A DNA stretch of 64,000 bases, from positions 14,871 to 78,870 of the forward strand of contig CAVPOV010000017.1 in the NCBI GenBank assembly GCA_963707045.1. The letters are read 5' to 3'. Under the pieces are notes generated by a model, which saw nothing but the letters and a program-made list of their open reading frames with translations, made no database searches and was not told the origin of the DNA. The translations under genes were made by a program, and so were the position numbers. The stretch's first letter is position 1; each line of letters starts with the position of its first letter. This document shows positions 46,851-55,427 of this stretch, piece after piece. This stretch comes from an uncultured delta proteobacterium. Lineage in GTDB: Bacteria; Desulfobacterota; Deferrisomatia; Deferrisomatales; JACRMM01.

Positions 46851-48575
46851 CTAGAGCGCCAGGATCTCCTCGCGCCGGTCGATCAGGGTGAAGTCGCCGG
46901 CCGTGACCACGTCGTACTCCATGTCCACCACGGGCATGGCGTCCAGCACGTAGCGCTCGGCCACCAGCTCCCGCGACCTGTCCGCCAAGGCGTCCCGCAG
47001 CATCAGGTAGCTCACGAACACGGCCGTCTCCATCTGGCACAGGCGCCGGGTCATGAGGTCCTGGTACTCGGCGTCCTTGCGGTCGTTGACGAACTTCACG
47101 GCGCGGTTGAGCTTCTGGCGGGCCACGTCCACCGCGCTCGCCAGGCGGCGGAGCTTGCCCTCGAAGGGCAGGTGGGAGAGTTCCTCCATGAGCGGCTCGA
47201 GCACCCTCTGGATGACACCCCCGATGGCGGCGACGTGCTGGAGCTGGGTGGTCCCCTCGTAGATGTTCGTGATGCGCGCGTCGCGGCAGTACCGCTCCAC
47301 GTTGAAGTCCTTCATGTACCCGGTGCCGCCGTGGATCTGGAGGCTGTCGTACGCCACCCGGTTGGCCATCTCGGTGCTCGTGGCCTTGCTGAGCGGTGTG
47401 AGCACGGCCGCGATCCGCGAGTACAGCTTGGCCTTCTGGCGGTCCTCCGGTGCGACCTCCCCGCCCTCCGCGTGGTCCACCCGGTGCTCGTAGACGTCGC
47501 GCAGGTCCACGTACTTCGTGGTCTCGTACAGCAGGGTCCGGGCGGCGACGATCTCCACCTTGGACCGGACGAGCATCTCGTACACGGCCGGGAACTTGTC
47601 GATGGTGTGGCCGAACTGCTCCCGGGCCCGCGCGTAGAGCAGGGCCGAACGGTAGGCCGCCTCGGCCACGCCCACCGCCTGGGAGCTGATGGCCACCCGG
47701 GCGCCGTTCATGAGGCTCATCACGTAACGGGTCAGCCCCCGACGGCGCTGGCCCACGAGTTCGGCCGGCACGTCGTTGAACTGGAGCTCGCAGGTCGGGG
47801 AGCCGTGGATGCCGAACTTCTCCTCGATGCGCCGCACCTTCAGGCGCGGCCCGCTCTCACAGACGAACATGGAGAGGCCCCGGCCGTCCTTGCTCCCCTC
47901 CTCGGAGCGGGCGAGCACCAGGTGCACCTTGGCGCACCCGTTGGTTATGAACCGCTTCATGCCGTTGAGGTACCACTGCCCGTTCTCGTCCTGCCACGCC
48001 TTCATCTGGACGGCCTGGAGGTCGCTGCCCGCCTCGGGCTCGGTCAGCGCCATGGCTCCGTCCACCTCGCCGCTGGCGAACCGGGGCAGGTAGCGCCGGT
48101 GCTGGTCCTCGTCGCCGAAGCGGTAGATCGTCTCGCCGATGTCCTGGAGCCCGACCAGGTTCTGGAGGCTCGCGTCGGCCCGGGAGACCATCTCCATCAT
48201 CATGGTGTAGAGGGTGGTCGGGAAGTTGAGGCCGCCGTACTCGCGAGGCAGCGTCACGCCGCCGAGCTCGGCCCTGCGCATGTCCTCCAGGTTCTGCTGG
48301 GTGCCCGGCGCGTAGCAGACGACGCCCTCCCGGAAGGTGGCTCCGTGGAGGTCCACGTCCCGGGCCCGGGGGGCGATGTGCTCCCCGCACAGCTCCCCCA
48401 CCATCGCCAGCACCCGGTCGTAGCTGTCCAGGGCGTCCTCGTAGGACTCGGGCGCCTCCGGGAACTCCGCCGCCTCGGCGTAGTCCCGCTCCCGCAGCCG
48501 CACGGTGTCCCGCAGGTCGACGTGCATCAGGTGGAAGCGCAGGTCCGGGTTGTCCCGGTAGAAGTTCTCGGCCAT
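46851..48575 (-). CDS. Acyl-CoA dehydrogenase (long, 574 aa type)
   Basis: Track ORF 46851..48575, intact: MALTEPEAGSDL, KRFITNG, FGIHGSPTCEL, IHGGTGYM, RDARITNIYEGTTQLQ. Confidence 0.9.
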   Translation of the reverse strand: MAENFYRDNPDLRFHLMHVDLRDTVRLRERDYAEAAEFPEAPESYEDALDSYDRVLAMVGELCGEHIAPRARDVDLHGATFREGVVCYAPGTQQNLEDMRRAELGGVTLPREYGGLNFPTTLYTMMMEMVSRADASLQNLVGLQDIGETIYRFGDEDQHRRYLPRFASGEVDGAMALTEPEAGSDLQAVQMKAWQDENGQWYLNGMKRFITNGCAKVHLVLARSEEGSKDGRGLSMFVCESGPRLKVRRIEEKFGIHGSPTCELQFNDVPAELVGQRRRGLTRYVMSLMNGARVAISSQAVGVAEAAYRSALLYARAREQFGHTIDKFPAVYEMLVRSKVEIVAARTLLYETTKYVDLRDVYEHRVDHAEGGEVAPEDRQKAKLYSRIAAVLTPLSKATSTEMANRVAYDSLQIHGGTGYMKDFNVERYCRDARITNIYEGTTQLQHVAAIGGVIQRVLEPLMEELSHLPFEGKLRRLASAVDVARQKLNRAVKFVNDRKDAEYQDLMTRRLCQMETAVFVSYLMLRDALADRSRELVAERYVLDAMPVVDMEYDVVTAGDFTLIDRREEILAL

Positions 48576-48592
48576 GTGTCTTGCCCGCCGTC

Positions 48593-48660
48593 GGTTGTTG
48601 GTTATCGGTTCTCGGTTTCGTCGTCACCCGTTACCCGTCACCCGTCACTCCCGTTCGTCA
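48593..48660 (-). repeat. Array of heptanucleotide repeats in the etfA / acyl-CoA dehydrogenase spacer; G-quadruplex-capable on the mRNA strand
   Basis: Forward-strand units in strict 7-nt register from 48593: GGTTGTT GGTTATC GGTTCTC GGTTTCG TCGTCAC CCGTTAC CCGTCAC CCGTCAC. On the mRNA strand this reads GGGagtgacGGGtgacGGGtaacGGGtgac followed by four nnAACCn units. It ends about 18 nt before the acd ATG, which lacks an obvious Shine-Dalgarno sequence. Confidence 0.55.
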
Positions 48661-49680
48661 CGCCTTCTCCCGGTACGCCTTGATCATCTTGGGGAGGACG
48701 TCGCTCAGATCGCCCACGATCCCGTAGTGGGCGATGGAGAGGATGGGCGCGGCCGGGTCCGTGTTGATGGCGATGATCTTCGCGCTGCCCGCCATCCCCG
48801 CCCGGTGCTGCACCGAGCCGCTGATGCCGCAGGCGATGTAGAGCTTGGGGCGCACCGTGACCCCGGTCTGCCCCACCTGATGGTCGTGGTCGATCCAGCC
48901 GGCGTCGACGGCGGCACGCGACGCGCCCACCTCGGCGCCGATGGTCTCGGCCAGGTCGCGGATGAGCTGGAAGTTCTCCTTGCTGCCCACCCCGTACCCC
49001 CCGGCCACGATGATGCGCGCGCCCTTGAGGTTGACGGTCTTCTCCTCCTTCGCCCGCTCGATGATCCGCACCGCGGTGTCCGCCTCGGTGAGCTCCACCG
49101 GCACCGGCGTCACCTCGCCGTTGCGGCCCGGCTCCGGCGGCGTCAGCCGCATCACGCCCTCGCGGACCGTCACCATCTGGGGCCCGTCCCAGCCCGTGGC
49201 GATGGTGGCGATGATGTTGCCCCCGAAGGCCGGGCGGATCTGCATCAGCCGGTCCTTGAAGGAACGCTTGGCGATGCGGTCCTCGAAGTCGTCGATCTCG
49301 AGGTCCGTGCAGTCCGCGGTCAGGCCGGCCAGCAGCGTGGAGGCGACCCGGGGCGCCAGGGAGCGCCCCGTCACCGTGGCCCCGAACAGGAAGATGTCCG
49401 GCTGCTTCTCCCTCGCCAGCCCGGCGATCACCCTCGTGTACGGGAGCGCCGTGAAGGGCTCCAGCCGCGGGTCTTCCGCCAGGTACACGTTGTCGCACCC
49501 GTGCTCGTGGAGGGTCCGGACCAGGGATGCCACGGCCCCGCCCAGAAGGACGGCCTCGAGCCGGACCCCCAGCTGCCCGGCGAGTTCACGGCCCCGGCAC
49601 ACGAGTTCCAGGCTCACGTCGGCGATCTTGCCGCCGTCCTGCTCCACGAACACCCAGACATTGCCGCGTTTGTCGCTCAT
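48658..49680 (-). CDS. etfA: Electron transfer flavoprotein alpha subunit
   Basis: C-terminal 340 aa of track ORF 48658..50622 (MSDKRGNVWVFVEQDGGKIADVSLEL...IVAGGYGVGSKENF...SRAAVDAGW..HDHQVGQTG..V.PKLYIACGISGSVQH.AGM), intact. Confidence 0.9.
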   Translation of the reverse strand: MSDKRGNVWVFVEQDGGKIADVSLELVCRGRELAGQLGVRLEAVLLGGAVASLVRTLHEHGCDNVYLAEDPRLEPFTALPYTRVIAGLAREKQPDIFLFGATVTGRSLAPRVASTLLAGLTADCTDLEIDDFEDRIAKRSFKDRLMQIRPAFGGNIIATIATGWDGPQMVTVREGVMRLTPPEPGRNGEVTPVPVELTEADTAVRIIERAKEEKTVNLKGARIIVAGGYGVGSKENFQLIRDLAETIGAEVGASRAAVDAGWIDHDHQVGQTGVTVRPKLYIACGISGSVQHRAGMAGSAKIIAINTDPAAPILSIAHYGIVGDLSDVLPKMIKAYREKA

Positions 49681-49721
49681 ATCGCTCTGTTCCCGCCCTC
49701 TCTGTGCCGCGTCCGCGCGGG

Positions 49722-50622
49722 TCACACGAACACGTGATCCGCGATGAGCTCCTGCACGAGCTCCCGGATGCCCTGCTCGCTGGGGGGGATCTCCACGAAA
49801 TCTCGCCCCGCCAGCACTACGCTCTCCACCTTCTTCACCTTGGTGGGCGAGCCGGCGCCCCCCACCCGGCCCTCGTCGGCGCCCACGTCCGCCGCCGACC
49901 ACTCGTGGATCCACAGCCCCCGGGCCTTGAGGCGTTCCTCCTCCGCGGCCAGGGCCTCGGCATCTTCGTAGGTGCGCCCCGTGTGCTGGGAGAGGAGCTC
50001 GGAGCGGGTGACCGCCTTCTTGTAGCGCATGAGGCGCTTGGCGCCGGCGGGCCGGGGCGTGTTGGCCGAGGAGAGCACCGTGAAGAGCGCCGGCAGGGGC
50101 ACCTCGGCCACCTCGTACCCGCCGTCGATCAGGTTGCGCACCCGCGCGCGGCCGCCCTCCACCGCCAAGACGTGCTCCACGTAGGTGATCTGGGGCAGGT
50201 CGAGCTTCTCGGCCAACTGGGGGCCCACCTGGGCCGTGTCGCCGTCGATGGCCTGGCGGCCGCACAGGGCCAGGTCGAAGGGGCCGAACTTGCGCGCGGC
50301 GCAGGCCAGCGCATAGCTGGTGGCCAGGGTGTCCGCCGCCGCGAACTTGCGGTCGGTGAGGAGGATCGCCTCGTCGGCGCCCATGTAGAGGGCGTGCGCG
50401 GAGCGCGTTCACCGCGCCCGGCGGCCCCATGGTGCACACGGCCACCTTCCCTCCGTAGCGCTCCTTGAGCTCGAGGGCCAGTTCCACGGCGTTGAGGTCC
50501 TCGGGGTTGAAGATGGCCGGCAGGGCCCCGCGGTTCACGGTGCCGTCCGGCTTCATCGCTTCCCCGGAGATGTTCTTGGTGTCCGGGACCTGCTTGACGA
50601 AGACCAGGGACGTCAGGCTCAA
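49722..50622 (-). pseudogene. etfB: Electron transfer flavoprotein beta subunit, one frameshift near 50395
   Basis: The N-terminus MSLTSLVFVKQVPDTKNISGEAMKPDGTVNRGALPAIFNPEDLNAVELALELKERYGGKVAVCTMGPPGAVNALR is in the frame of ORF 48658..50622 (TTG start, AGGAGG upstream). The rest, MGADEAILLTDRKFAAADTLATSYALA...CGRQAIDGDTAQVGPQLAE.., is in ORF 49722..50384. Confidence 0.85.
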
Positions 50623-50736
50623 CGCTGTCCTCCTGGGAGTTCTCGGCAGCGGCGACCCCAGCCCGGGCGGTCCGGGCCGGAGTCATGGGAGGGAAGGGAG
50701 TCGCCGTCGGGGCACCGCGGTTTTCAGGGTCCGGCG

Positions 50737-50766
50737 GTTTTACCAGCGGGGGGGGGCGGGCGTCAA
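50737..50766 (-). promoter_or_regulatory. Candidate sigma-70 promoter for etfB-etfA-acd
   Basis: The minus strand reads TTGACG-N18-TAAAAC, about 110 nt upstream of the etfB start. It overlaps a direct repeat, GCGGTTTT(C/A). Confidence 0.3.
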
Positions 50767-50808
50767 TCGCCACGGCGAGCGCGCGTCGCAAAGGACGAAG
50801 GGCCTTCC

Positions 50809-50837
50809 TTGACGGGATCCGGACTCGGGATTAATGT
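50809..50837 (+). promoter_or_regulatory. Candidate sigma-70 promoter for the Cys-rich protein gene
   Basis: TTGACG-N17-TAATGT, about 50 nt upstream of the ATG at 50889. Confidence 0.45.
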
Positions 50838-50888
50838 TTGGACTCATTCTTGTTTGGGAACCTTCCGCGTTCCCGGAAAGGAGCGTCC

Positions 50889-51266
50889 ATGAGACGTCAC
50901 TCCCTGGTGGTAGTCCTACTGACGCTGGTTCTCTCCGCCTGGTCCCTCGCCCTCGCCGCCCAGGGCAAGGTGGACTTCAAGGTGGGCGACGAGGTGTACG
51001 CCTGCGGCTGCGGGGACGCCTGCGACTGCCTGACGCTCTCCTACAAGGCGGGCCAGTGCAGTTGCGGCAAGGACCTGGTGAAGGCCAAGGTCACCGGCGT
51101 CGAGGACGGGAAGGTGCTGGTGAAGGCCGAAGGCTGGGAGAAGGCTCGTGCCTTCAAGTCCTCGGGAGCCTACGTGTGCGACTGCGGCGAGTCGTGCCCG
51201 TGCAAGACAATCTCGCAGAAGCCCGGCAAGTGCGGGTGCGGGAAGGACTTGAAGAAGGCGGAGTAG
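50889..51266 (+). CDS. Secreted Cys-rich protein with two CxCGxxCxC-x8-CxCGKDL modules (125 aa, 12 Cys)
   Basis: Track ORF 50838..51266. The preferred ATG is at 50889 (GGAAAGGAG upstream). It has a signal peptide MRRHSLVVVLLTLVLSAWSLALA. Module 1 is YACGCGDACDCLTLSYKAGQCSCGKDLVKA and module 2 is YVCDCGESCPCKTISQKPGKCGCGKDLKKA. Confidence 0.7.
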   Translation: MRRHSLVVVLLTLVLSAWSLALAAQGKVDFKVGDEVYACGCGDACDCLTLSYKAGQCSCGKDLVKAKVTGVEDGKVLVKAEGWEKARAFKSSGAYVCDCGESCPCKTISQKPGKCGCGKDLKKAE

Positions 51267-51286
51267 ATCGCGGATCCGAGAACTGC

Positions 51287-51322
51287 ACGGCGGCGGCGCA
51301 CCCCAGGGCCCGCCGCCGCCGT
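51287..51322. terminator. Strong GC hairpin between convergent genes (possible bidirectional terminator)
   Basis: ACGGCGGCGGCG-caccccagggcc-CGCCGCCGCCGT is a perfect 12-bp stem. The U tracts on both sides are only weak (CTTCCTCC / GCAGTTCTC). Confidence 0.4.
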
Positions 51323-51413
51323 CTTCCTCCACCGGCCTGCCACCCTCCCCGCGCGGCGGTGCAGCGCCCTCGAACCGCGGACCGGAACCTCGAACGAAAC
51401 GCTCCTCGACGGG

Positions 51414-53642
51414 CTAGAGATCCTCGACCACGATCACGCCGTAGTCCTCCGCGAGGCCGGAAACCTGGTCGGCCTGCACCACCACGAACACCCTGGCTCC
51501 CGTGCCGTCCGCGAACACGAACCGGCCGTGGGACGGATATTGCTGCCCCGCTACCGAGAAGGGCGTGAGAGGTACGCGCCTCGTAAGCGAGAGCGAGCCG
51601 GCCTCGAAGACCAGGAGTTCCCGGTCCGCCCCGTCCCCCGACACGCGCTCGGCCGGAACGGCGAAGACCTTCCCCGCGGCGGCCGAGTCCGCCAGCGACT
51701 CCACCCGGGTGGACTCGAAGAGGTCCGCCTCGTGCAGCATGTCCTGCGTTCGGTCCTCGGAGGAAGAGAACACGCCGCCGCAGCGGGTGAACACACGGGC
51801 TCCGTCCTGCGCGATCCACAGGTTCCCGCACATGGCGTACTCGCCGTGGTACGGCGAGTCCCACAGGAACTCGGCCGTGCCGGCGGCGATCGAGTACTTC
51901 TCGATGTCGGAGGGCGAGAGGCCGTTGTCGGCACCGTAGATGGCGGTGCCGTTCGGGTGGAGCTTGGCGAGCGTCCCCGCGTAGATGGTTTCCCCCGTGT
52001 GGAGGGTCTCGGCGCCGGTAGTGAGGTCGAGGCATCGGATGTAGGTCCACTGGTCCACCCGGGGGAATACGTACGCGAACCCGTTCCCGGCGAGGACGAC
52101 GTCCAGGACGTCGGCCGACACCGGGTGCTCGGCCACCGTGCCCTCCACCAGGTCCACGTGGGAAACCCACCCCTCGTGACCTACGGCGGCGTGGAGCCCG
52201 CCCGGCCCGACGGAGACGGCGGTCGGCGGCCGACCCAGGGCGACCGCGGTGTCGGCGCCGGTGACCGGATCGTAGAGGTGCAAGGCGTCCGGGTTCGTGG
52301 CAACCGCGACGATCCGGCCCAGCGCACCGCTGTACTCGGCGTCCAGGACCCGGAAGGAAAGCCGCGCCACGGGGGGTTGGACGGACACGGTCACCGTGTC
52401 GGTCGCGGTCAGGACGCCGTCGTCGACCGTCACCCGGACCACATAGGTTCCGACGAGGTCCGGCGTGAAGCGCGCACGCGGACGCGCGGAATCCTCGACA
52501 GCGGCGCTGCTGCCCTCCGGATTCGACAGCAAGGCCCATGAGTAGGCCAGGAGGTCCCCATCCGCATCGGAGCTCTCGGTCCCGTCCAGGTCCACCTCCA
52601 TCGCCGCCTCGGCCACACGATCGGCGCCGGCCTCGGCCACCGGCGCCGTCCCGGCCGCGTCCTGCTCCAGTGACGCCCAGGGAGCACGCACGGCGTACTC
52701 CAGGAGTCCGTCCCCGTCCAGGTCGAGGGTGAGGCGCACCTCGGTCTCGGAGGCGGGCGCCACGGACAGCACCGCCCCCTGGGCCCCGGCGAGCTCGAGG
52801 GGACCGCCGGCGGAGGGATACGGGGCATCGAGGAATGCGTAGCCGAGCGGGCTCGCGGTCGAGAGGTCCGCGAACCCGTCCACCGAGTCGTAGATCCGCC
52901 CGGTCACGCTCGCCGTGTAGGAGGACGGAGAGAACGGGTCGTCGTAGGTCGTGACGAAGACCAGGTTGTCGAACTTGCCCATGCGTCCGGTGAGGTTGTC
53001 CTTCATCACCATGTCCATGGTGAGGGTCTCCGCACCGGCCGCCTGTTGCACCTGCATCCGCATCGCCCCGCCGGCGCTCTGACTCAACTGGGGCGAGGTC
53101 ACGGTCAGGAGGTCGAAGCGGATCGTGGCGTCGGTGATCGCGAAGGTTCCCAGGTCGAGGGCGTGGATCTCGAAGCTGCCCGTCCCGTCGACCGTCTCCT
53201 CCCCCGTTCGGCACTCCTCGTACACGATCGCGAGCGTGCCCGTGCCGTCGTCCGCGAGGCTGCCTTTGATCGACATGAAGCCGCTGTCGCACGGGATCGT
53301 CTCGTCCACGGGAATCCGAGCCGCACGCCGGGCCGCCCCCGCGGAGGTCGCCAGGGCATCCGTCAGGCCGCCGGGCAGATCGAGGGAGGCCCACCGTACC
53401 CAGTCGGGGCCTTCCGCACCTGCCCCTTCCGCCTCGGCGAACCGCGGCAGGATCGCCCCACCCGTGTCGCCGCTCCCGAAGGCCAGCCCGGCGAAGTCCT
53501 TCGCGTTCGCCCGGGTCAGGACGACCGCGGCCTCGTTGCCCACGTAGACGAGGCTGGGCTCGTCTCCCGAGCTTCCCCCTCCCCCGCCGCACCCCAGTGC
53601 GGCCGCAGTCAGGACCAACACCGCCATCGTCAGGCTTCTCAT
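51414..53642 (-). CDS. Large lipoprotein of unknown function with a PKD/Ig-like segment (742 aa)
   Basis: Track ORF 51414..53642, intact. It has a lipobox LTAAALGCGGGGGSS and a PKD-like stretch (DLDGTESSDADGDLLAYSWALLSNPEGSSAAV...GTYVVRVTVDDGVLTATDTVTVSV). The C-terminal part looks propeller-like. Confidence 0.8.
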   Translation of the reverse strand: MRSLTMAVLVLTAAALGCGGGGGSSGDEPSLVYVGNEAAVVLTRANAKDFAGLAFGSGDTGGAILPRFAEAEGAGAEGPDWVRWASLDLPGGLTDALATSAGAARRAARIPVDETIPCDSGFMSIKGSLADDGTGTLAIVYEECRTGEETVDGTGSFEIHALDLGTFAITDATIRFDLLTVTSPQLSQSAGGAMRMQVQQAAGAETLTMDMVMKDNLTGRMGKFDNLVFVTTYDDPFSPSSYTASVTGRIYDSVDGFADLSTASPLGYAFLDAPYPSAGGPLELAGAQGAVLSVAPASETEVRLTLDLDGDGLLEYAVRAPWASLEQDAAGTAPVAEAGADRVAEAAMEVDLDGTESSDADGDLLAYSWALLSNPEGSSAAVEDSARPRARFTPDLVGTYVVRVTVDDGVLTATDTVTVSVQPPVARLSFRVLDAEYSGALGRIVAVATNPDALHLYDPVTGADTAVALGRPPTAVSVGPGGLHAAVGHEGWVSHVDLVEGTVAEHPVSADVLDVVLAGNGFAYVFPRVDQWTYIRCLDLTTGAETLHTGETIYAGTLAKLHPNGTAIYGADNGLSPSDIEKYSIAAGTAEFLWDSPYHGEYAMCGNLWIAQDGARVFTRCGGVFSSSEDRTQDMLHEADLFESTRVESLADSAAAGKVFAVPAERVSGDGADRELLVFEAGSLSLTRRVPLTPFSVAGQQYPSHGRFVFADGTGARVFVVVQADQVSGLAEDYGVIVVEDL

Positions 53643-53940
53643 GACCGTGTCCCTCTTCCCCCCGAGGACGGCGCCGCGGAGTCCCGGTGACCCCGCGGCG
53701 CGGCAAGATCTTCACGTTCCGCCCCTCGTCGACGGCGACGGCCTGCCACGGCGCCTGGGCAGGAGGACCAGGGGGCGGTTCGCATATCTGTAACGATATT
53801 GGCTTCTTAGGGAAAAACAAGGGGGCCGTTCGGATATATCTTCCGTCGTGCGGACGGCTCGCCGTGCGCCGCAGGGAAGTTCCCGTTGCCGCCGGGAGGT
53901 CGGACCACGTCGGACGCCTCCCCGTTCCTCCCCTCGGGGT

Positions 53941-53969
53941 TTGACGGCTCGGCCCCCCCCGGCTAGGGT
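53941..53969 (+). promoter_or_regulatory. Candidate sigma-70 promoter for the YfcH-like gene
   Basis: TTGACG-N17-TAGGGT, about 45 nt upstream of the start at 54012. Confidence 0.35.
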
Positions 53970-54011
53970 GACCGGCCCCGCGGTCGAACGCCGAAAACCA
54001 GGAGAGTTCTC

Positions 54012-54926
54012 GTGAGGATCTTCGTCACCGGCGGCACCGGGTTCGTGGGCACGCGGCTCCTGCCGGCGTTGCGGGCGGCCGGGCATGAGGTCGTCCTGCT
54101 CGCCCGGGAGGCCGAGTCCGGCGCCGGCGTCCCCGAGGGCGTCGAGGTGGTGCGGGGGGACCCGATGCGGCCGGGGCCCTGGTGGGACCCGGTGGCCCGG
54201 TGCGACGCGGCCGTCAACCTGGCGGGGACGCCCGTCTTCAGCCGCTGGGACGCCGCAGGCAAGGTGGCGATCCGGGAGAGCCGGCTCGCCACCACCCGCA
54301 ACCTCGCGGCCCGGGTCCCCCGGGGCCGCCCGTTCGTCCTGGTGAGCGCCTCGGGCATCGGCATCTACGGGGACCGGGGGGAGGGGGAACTCACGGAGTC
54401 CTCGCCGCCGGGGGAGGACTTCCTGGCGGGCGTCGCGCGGGCGTGGGAAGAGGAGGCCCGGGGGGCCCGCGATCGGGGGGCGCGGGTATGCCTGGCCCGC
54501 TTCGGCATCATCCTGGGCCCGGGGGGAGGGGCGCTCGACGAGATGGCCAGGGCCGCCCGCCGCTTCGTCGGCGGGGCCCTGGGTTCGGGCCGTCAGTGGA
54601 TGGCCTGGGTGCACCTGGAGGACGTGGTGCGGGGCATCGGGTTCCTGCTCGAACGCGGCGGTGCGGAAGGCCCCTACAACTTCTGCGCGCCGAACCCGGC
54701 CCGACAGATCGAGGTGGCCCGCGCGGTGGGCCGCGCGCTCCGCCGGCCGGCGCTGGCCTGGGCGCCCGCCCCCGCCCTGCGGCTCCTCCTCGGCGAGTGC
54801 GCCCAGGTCGTGCTCTCGAGCCAGAAGGCACTGCCCGCCCGCCTGCAGGAGGCCGGGTTCACGTTCCTCCACCCGGAACTGGAGCCAGCGGTCCGGCAGA
54901 TCCTCGCCCCGGCGGAGTCGGCATGA
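54012..54926 (+). CDS. NAD-dependent epimerase/dehydratase family protein, YfcH type (TIGR01777-like)
   Basis: Track ORF 54012..54926: MRIFVTGGTGFVG Rossmann start, ..SASGIGIYG.., QWMAWVHLEDV, and a C-terminal segment LPARLQEAGFTF.HPEL typical of the DUF1731 tail. Confidence 0.85.
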   Translation: MRIFVTGGTGFVGTRLLPALRAAGHEVVLLAREAESGAGVPEGVEVVRGDPMRPGPWWDPVARCDAAVNLAGTPVFSRWDAAGKVAIRESRLATTRNLAARVPRGRPFVLVSASGIGIYGDRGEGELTESSPPGEDFLAGVARAWEEEARGARDRGARVCLARFGIILGPGGGALDEMARAARRFVGGALGSGRQWMAWVHLEDVVRGIGFLLERGGAEGPYNFCAPNPARQIEVARAVGRALRRPALAWAPAPALRLLLGECAQVVLSSQKALPARLQEAGFTFLHPELEPAVRQILAPAESA

Positions 54927-55399
54927 ACGACGCGCGCGCGCTGCTGCAGGACCTCCTGACGTCCCAGCCCCTGGGCGTCCTCGCCACCCACGGCGGCGGC
55001 CAACCCTATGCGAGCCTCGTGGCGTTCGCCGTGAGTCCGCAGGCCGGGGAACTGCTCTTCGCCACGGACCGCGCCACCCGCAAGTACGCGAACCTCCGGG
55101 CCGACCGGCGGGTCGCCCTGCTGGTGGACAACCGCTCGAACCGGGAGAGCGACTTCGGGGAGGCCGTGGCCGTGACGGCGGTGGGGTTCGCCGAGGAGTT
55201 GCTCGGGGGCGACCGGGAGCGGCTGGCGGTCCCGTACCTGGAGAAGCACCCGGCCCTTCAAGAGTTCCTCGCCTTGCCGGGCTGCGCCCTGATGCGGCTG
55301 CGCGTGGAGAACTACGTGATGGTCCGACGCTTCCAGGAGGTGCTGCGCCTGAACCCGACCGGGCTCCCGCTGCCGGACGCGGAGGGTACCCACTCCTGA
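54923..55399 (+). CDS. Pyridoxamine 5'-phosphate oxidase-family (FMN-binding split barrel) protein
   Basis: C-terminal 158 aa of track ORF 54182..55399 (LLTSQPLGVLATHGGGQPYASLVAFAVSP..ELLFATDRATRKYANLRADRRVALLVDN). There is an ATGA overlap with the upstream stop. Confidence 0.75.
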   Translation: MNDARALLQDLLTSQPLGVLATHGGGQPYASLVAFAVSPQAGELLFATDRATRKYANLRADRRVALLVDNRSNRESDFGEAVAVTAVGFAEELLGGDRERLAVPYLEKHPALQEFLALPGCALMRLRVENYVMVRRFQEVLRLNPTGLPLPDAEGTHS

Positions 55400-55427
55400 A
55401 GTCCGGAGCGGGGGGACTTCGTGCCGG

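Noticed and set aside
53700-53760. TGGCAG on the minus strand upstream of the large lipoprotein gene, considered as a sigma-54 promoter.
   Set aside because: The -12 position reads CGCC rather than TTGC/GC at the right spacing.
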